Translations under genes and position numbers: made by a program
Notes under the pieces: model-generated
Seen by the model: the letters and a program-made list of their open reading frames with translations, nothing else
What the model was told of the DNA's origin: nothing
Database searches by the model: none
Part shown: piece by piece, positions 59,575 through 64,000 of the stretch
Layout of the letters: each line of letters begins with the position of its first letter
Numbering within the stretch: the stretch's first letter is position 1
From: Bacteroidota bacterium
GTDB lineage: Bacteria > Bacteroidota > Bacteroidia > Bacteroidales > JAIOZK01
NCBI GenBank assembly: GCA_034521425.1
Contig: JAXHMP010000001.1
Span: forward strand, 2,569,737-2,633,736
DNA length: 64,000 nt
Direction: 5' to 3'

Positions 59575-62500
59575 CTACCTCACCAACACAAAGCTCCCAG
59601 TCCTCACCTCCTCAATCCTTTGCTCCCCGGCACCGATATATTCATAAACAACCCGGTAAACATAGGCGCCCATTGGGCTGTCTTTGCCATTTACTTTGCC
59701 GTTCCAGCCTTGCAGCGGATTATCACTCTGGTAGATGAGTTGTCCCCAGCGGTTGTAAATTTCCATACTGAAGCTTGGGATATAACTGGAATAAAGCACC
59801 ACTTTGAACTGCTCGTTCATGCCATCGCCGTTGGGGGAAAAAGCATTGGGGATGTATATTTTCAGATAAATATTCAAAACATAAACCGAGTCGATGGAGG
59901 TGCAGCCCTGCGGGCTTGTCAGTTCTACTTTGTACCAGCCTTCTTCTGTAATGTGGATGCTTTGGGTGGTGTCGCCGGTGCTCCATTGGTACTGCTGCTG
60001 GCCGGGACCGGCATCCAGATGGAGGGATTCTGAAAAGGAGATGGTGTCCTGGCCGGCAAAACCTGCCTGCGGCAGGGGATGCACGATCAGTTCGGTTTCT
60101 GCCGTGGCTGTGCAGCCAACAACATCAGTGGCTGTTACCGTATAAACTCCGGCATCTTCTGTGGTGACTGTCTCCAGCAGGATCATGCCTCCTTCTTCGT
60201 GATCACCCGAGGGAGTTGTCCATGCATAATTTATGTTGCCATTGCCCCCACTTGCATTTGACAAAATGATGACAAATTCATCCCCTTCACAAACCGGCTG
60301 GGCAAAAGCGCTAAGCTCAATATCATTGTAAATCCTCACCTGCCCGATCTGAAAAGAATCCGGCAAATTATTGCCTTCTTCATCTTTAAACCAGCTTGCC
60401 CCTTCCTGACCGTCCCATGATACCTGGCTCAGGCCGGTGTTTTGGGCGGTAAAGACAAGATCGGCTACCACGGCTGCATCAGGCAGGCTTAGCGGATCCC
60501 CACTCCAATACAATTGTACTTTGGCCCCGGCAGGGAACAATTGCACATCCAGGTTGGATTCCAACTGGGCATGGGCATTGGAAAAGCCAGTGCATTCCAG
60601 CAGGCTGTCGTTGAAATACAGGGTCATTTGAAATTCGGCTACATCTTCAAAATTATGGACTGTCAGGGGTACGAAGGCTGAATTGCCCGGGCAGGCTTCA
60701 TCTTCCCCGGCCACGGCTTCCAGCTTGATGGTGAATATCTCCGGGACTTCTACCGTGATGCTTGTCTGGCAACCATATTTGTCCTGTATGTTTAGTTTGT
60801 AAAATCCTGCTGCAAGATTGGTGAATGCGCTGTCGTTGAGCTGCCAGCCTGTGAGGCCTTCTATCTGATAGTACAAAGTATCATAAGTTCCTACTATATC
60901 TATGGTGATGCTCCCATTGGCCTGTCCGTCGGTTGCAGGACTGATGAGGGTGTCTTCCACCTGCGGGGCCTGTTCATTGATTAGTTCTACCGGGTTGCCG
61001 CTCCAGGCCGATTCGCAGCCTGCCGTGTCCTGAACGCGGATGGCATAGCTGCCGGCTGAAAGGTTATTAAAAACTCCTTCATTGTCAAAGTAGTTGTTTC
61101 CATTGTCGATGGAATAGATAAACTGATCGGTATAAGCTGAATGGGCTGATATCTGTATGCTGCCATCCTGCTGATCGCAATGCTCGTTAGTGGTAATTAC
61201 CTGCAAAATGTTGATATCCCCTCCGTCTTCAATGATAAAAGGGCCGTAAGGCCATTGGCAGGCATTAGTATCACTAACAAAAAGGGTATAATTGCCCACA
61301 GGCAGGTTGTAAAGGTTTATTGTTGTATCCAGGGGATTTCCGGCATCATCTGTCCAGAGGTAGGAAAAAGGGTTGTTGCCCGAAAACTGCAAACCTTCTA
61401 TGGAGCCGGTGCTGCCCCCGCAGCCCGTGGGTGTGATCACAAGATTGCTGCTGTCGATGACCGGGCTTTCGCTGTAGCCGATATAAATGGAATCTGTGCT
61501 GCTGCACTGGGCCGTGTTTTTGATCTTTACCCAGTACCATCCGGTATCCGATACGATGATGGATGTATCATGGCTGCCGGTATTCCAGGTGTGATAGCCG
61601 GGGCCGCCATTGGCAACAAGCGTAACTTCTTCCCCGTAGCAAATTTCCAGGTCCGGGCCCAGCTCGGGCCAGGGAGCGTAGGTTACCTGCACCATGCGGC
61701 TGGTATGCTCGAAGCGGCCTGAAGGGTACCAGACATCCACAGAAACCTCGTACTCACCTCCATCTGAAAAAACATGGGTTGGGTTGAGTTCATTGGAAAT
61801 GTTGTTGGCTCCTGAGAGCGTATCCCCGAAGTTCCACTCAATGCTGTCGGGCACGGGCAGGAAATTATGCTGAAAAGTAAAGGGCGTTCCCTCGCAATCG
61901 CCCTCGAAGAAGAAGCGGAGGTTGTAGTCCATGACGAAGTTTACTAGTCCATAATGTGCCTGTCCTGGTGATACATCTATAGCATCTCCTTCATAGTCAC
62001 ACCCAATACCTTTTATCCAGGGTTTGTTTATAACTCCAACATGGTCCCGGTTAAGTAAAGCACTGTCATGCGTTTCAGAGCAATATATTTTCCCATCCCT
62101 AGCCATTTGTAATGAATGTCCTCTTGGTTGTCCAATAAGTACTTTTGAGGAACGAAATGCCGGAGGATCTTCAATATACTTCATTTCATATTGATAAATC
62201 GAATATATTGGTTTGCCTGTTATTGGATCATGATCTGTACTGGTCATATATACGAAACGCGAATCTGGAGAATACTCTATACCTGAAATAGACTCTATTA
62301 ATAAAGTATGCATTAAAGTTGCCTGACCACTTTCAGAATCAAATTGATATACTTCTGTATCATCATAGTTGTATGAACAAAGTATATATTTTTTATTAGG
62401 AGAGATCTTGATGAATCCAAAGCACTGATCGTCAACCGGGTATGAAAAACTATAAATTGATTCTGTATCGAGACCATCTGAAGTAACTAAAAATGAGGCC

Positions 62501-63042
62501 AGACCATTTGTTATCATTTTCCTTGTTATTACCCAATAGTCTTTGTTATTTTCATGTTTTACGGCAAGGACTCTTGTACTTGCATCCCAAGCATCATCAA
62601 GAAGAATATTCTTCTCTATAACGATTCCATGTCCTGCATTGTAATTCATATCCACAAGACAGTAATACAATCCTAAACCATCATCAGGATGTTGTTTAGT
62701 TAAAAATATATAATAAAGATTATTAGATTCTGGAAAAGGAACAATGACACTGGTTTGAAAGCCTGCATTTCCAATAAGATCGTATCCATTTTCAACCAGC
62801 ATATGATCCGAATTAAATACCTTTCTCCCATCAGAATACATTACAATATTACCTGATGAGTCTGATATTATTGATGCACACTCTTCAGTAGTTTTACCAT
62901 CATATAATACTTGTGGCGGATCATAATTAAAATCCAATCCGGCAGAATCACAGAAATACCAAATATTGGCGTGGTTTTCAATCTGTGCAAATAATTGAAA
63001 ACATGTTAGTAAGAATACAGTATGTAATAATATTTTTTTCAT
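59575..63042 (-). CDS. Giant multidomain T9SS surface protein, copy C (type-B CTD)
   Basis: 1155 aa with the same architecture as copy A. The central part is identical to A over long stretches, the CTD is closer to copy B, and the N-terminal ~370 aa is diverged. Confidence 0.85.
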   Translation of the reverse strand: MKKILLHTVFLLTCFQLFAQIENHANIWYFCDSAGLDFNYDPPQVLYDGKTTEECASIISDSSGNIVMYSDGRKVFNSDHMLVENGYDLIGNAGFQTSVIVPFPESNNLYYIFLTKQHPDDGLGLYYCLVDMNYNAGHGIVIEKNILLDDAWDASTRVLAVKHENNKDYWVITRKMITNGLASFLVTSDGLDTESIYSFSYPVDDQCFGFIKISPNKKYILCSYNYDDTEVYQFDSESGQATLMHTLLIESISGIEYSPDSRFVYMTSTDHDPITGKPIYSIYQYEMKYIEDPPAFRSSKVLIGQPRGHSLQMARDGKIYCSETHDSALLNRDHVGVINKPWIKGIGCDYEGDAIDVSPGQAHYGLVNFVMDYNLRFFFEGDCEGTPFTFQHNFLPVPDSIEWNFGDTLSGANNISNELNPTHVFSDGGEYEVSVDVWYPSGRFEHTSRMVQVTYAPWPELGPDLEICYGEEVTLVANGGPGYHTWNTGSHDTSIIVSDTGWYWVKIKNTAQCSSTDSIYIGYSESPVIDSSNLVITPTGCGGSTGSIEGLQFSGNNPFSYLWTDDAGNPLDTTINLYNLPVGNYTLFVSDTNACQWPYGPFIIEDGGDINILQVITTNEHCDQQDGSIQISAHSAYTDQFIYSIDNGNNYFDNEGVFNNLSAGSYAIRVQDTAGCESAWSGNPVELINEQAPQVEDTLISPATDGQANGSITIDIVGTYDTLYYQIEGLTGWQLNDSAFTNLAAGFYKLNIQDKYGCQTSITVEVPEIFTIKLEAVAGEDEACPGNSAFVPLTVHNFEDVAEFQMTLYFNDSLLECTGFSNAHAQLESNLDVQLFPAGAKVQLYWSGDPLSLPDAAVVADLVFTAQNTGLSQVSWDGQEGASWFKDEEGNNLPDSFQIGQVRIYNDIELSAFAQPVCEGDEFVIILSNASGGNGNINYAWTTPSGDHEEGGMILLETVTTEDAGVYTVTATDVVGCTATAETELIVHPLPQAGFAGQDTISFSESLHLDAGPGQQQYQWSTGDTTQSIHITEEGWYKVELTSPQGCTSIDSVYVLNIYLKIYIPNAFSPNGDGMNEQFKVVLYSSYIPSFSMEIYNRWGQLIYQSDNPLQGWNGKVNGKDSPMGAYVYRVVYEYIGAGEQRIEEVRTGSFVLVR

Positions 63043-63089
63043 AAAAAAAGTGATGCAGAAAACTTACTTTTCTGCATCACATCTTATCG

Positions 63090-63497
63090 CTAATTTAAAA
63101 CTACAGTACCAAAACTCCAATTTCCTCCTACCAATTCCTGACCAGTTGCATTTTTACTATCATTTCCTGAGCAACATTCACCTCCACTATCTTTTAGCCT
63201 AACATATACTACGACAGTATAACAATCATCATCACAGTCCGTCTTTATATCGGCATTACCTTCGTAATCATATCCCTGGGAAACATCAATAATCCATTGA
63301 GAATCATCTTCTACAGTTTGAGTCAGTATGTCGATCACAACAATTCTTACATCGGCCTGAATGGGTTCCGAACAACTACAATTTGAGTCATCCCAATAAA
63401 TATTGTTCACATAATAATCTGTTTGGGAAAAAACTTTGTTTATCCCGGCAAAAACAAAAAGCATCGCAATGCTTACAATAATTCCTAATTTTTTCAT
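63090..63497 (-). CDS. Small secreted 6-Cys protein, copy C
   Basis: 135 aa: MKKLGIIVSIAMLFVFAGINKVFSQTDYYVNNIYWDDSNCSCSEP...CDDDCYTVVVYVRLKDSGGECCSGNDS...LVGGNWSFGTVVLN. Confidence 0.65.
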   Translation of the reverse strand: MKKLGIIVSIAMLFVFAGINKVFSQTDYYVNNIYWDDSNCSCSEPIQADVRIVVIDILTQTVEDDSQWIIDVSQGYDYEGNADIKTDCDDDCYTVVVYVRLKDSGGECCSGNDSKNATGQELVGGNWSFGTVVLN

Positions 63498-63525
63498 TTA
63501 TAAAAAGTTTTAAAGTTAATAATTT

Positions 63526-63552
63526 AACCGCCATTTGGCAAGCGGTTTTTTT
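63526..63552 (-). other. Conserved hairpin in the spacer, unit C
   Basis: AACCGC (63526-31) pairs with GCGGTT (63542-47), a perfect 6 bp with a 10-nt loop. A T-run follows on the + strand and an A-run precedes on the minus strand. Confidence 0.35.
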
Positions 63553-63850
63553 GAATAAAAGGATTTCATGGTGCAGCGCATATTGCAAAGCATAGAGCGG
63601 GCAGGGCTTTTTTGCGTTTGCTTATTAATTCACTTGCCGTACCTCCTTTCCTGAAATGCTTGATTGGATATATTTCGAGCAAAGAAATAAGCTGTTAATG
63701 GAAGAAAGGAAAAAATGAAAGAGAAGGAATAATGAAGTAAATATTGGTTTGGTGAGGTGTTTAGAGTCTGGATACTCTCTCTCTCTACAAATCCGGTGAT
63801 TTTGTGTTTCGGCATTGGGTTTGTTTTCTGATTGTTAATTCCGGAAATGT

Positions 63851-64000
63851 TCAAAAGGTAACCCAGTTAATTGATTTTCGATTGTCGATGGCCGATTTTC
63901 GATTTTCGAATTTTCCGGGCCGACATCACTGTTTTTTGGAATATGGCAACCAGCTGATTAGATTCATCCGGAAGATGTGCCATTAACTTTTTGTCAGCCT
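63851..64000 (-). CDS. Four-helix-bundle protein, copy 4 (3' part only; continues beyond the window)
   Basis: Stop codon at 63851-63853. The sequence 63868-64000 matches 49607-49740 almost base for base (…KADKKLMAHLPDESNQLVAIFQKTV... tail). Confidence 0.7.
63873..63914. repeat. Heptamer array, low arm of 4HB cassette 4
   Basis: GATTTTC GATTGTC GATGGCC GATTTTC GATTTTC GAATTTT. Confidence 0.8.

Larger units (their letters stand above)
49590..64000 (-). repeat. Head-to-tail array of ~4.7-4.8-kb cassette units (A 49590-54376, B 54377-59063, C 59064-63850, start of a fourth)
   Basis: The same gene order, orientation and junction sequences recur in each unit. Long stretches are identical or near-identical between units by direct comparison. 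Confidence 0.9.

Noticed and set aside
49590-64000. Diversity-generating retroelement, because the four-helix-bundle proteins are Avd-like.
   Set aside because: There is no reverse transcriptase in the window and no template/variable repeat pair. The variable parts of the large genes are N-terminal whole domains rather than a C-terminal CLec-type VR. An RT beyond 64000 cannot be excluded.

Overview
This 64-kb window reads as a Bacteroidota chromosome segment. Supporting signs are type-A and type-B T9SS C-terminal sorting domains, an IPExxxVDY-family gene after rnc, a coaX/porin/TPR/lptC/CNNM/ppiD block, and a TTTG...TAnnTTTG promoter before tRNA-Phe. TAA, TAG and TGA all terminate well-conserved genes. 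1.8-28.6 kb is mostly housekeeping: efflux adaptor, tsaB, purN, acpP-fabF-rnc, ferritin, argF, M48 and M16 peptidases, glyQS, ltaE, ROK kinase, MBL hydrolase, ppiD, lptC, coaX, tRNA-Phe. 28.9-33.2 kb holds envelope and accessory genes: acyloxyacyl hydrolase, an LRR lipoprotein remnant, a pentapeptide-repeat/channel fusion, an OM beta-barrel, LMW-PTP. 33.2-39.4 kb is a four-gene phosphorelay operon (REC; Cache-HAMP-GAF-HK; triple-REC; REC-HK-REC). 39.7-49.6 kb contains a KamA-like radical SAM enzyme convergent with a CysJ-like diflavin reductase, an HDAC-family deacetylase, a T9SS BNR-type protein and tadA. The outstanding region is 49.6-64.0 kb. It holds at least three head-to-tail copies of a minus-strand cassette, and the array runs off the window. 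Each cassette encodes a 6-Cys secreted mini-protein, a 1155-aa multidomain type-B-CTD T9SS surface protein, and a four-helix-bundle (23S-IVS/Avd-type) protein whose gene is bracketed by inverted arrays of heptamer repeats. The units are mosaics of a diverged AT-rich head and a homogenised tail; one 667-bp block is identical between two copies. Period-7 short tandem repeats also occur at several unrelated intergenic sites. About eleven genes are interrupted, mostly by 1-nt changes in homopolymer runs, so sequencing error versus real decay must be resolved before interpreting pseudogenes. All protein calls rest on motif recognition by eye; no database search was possible.
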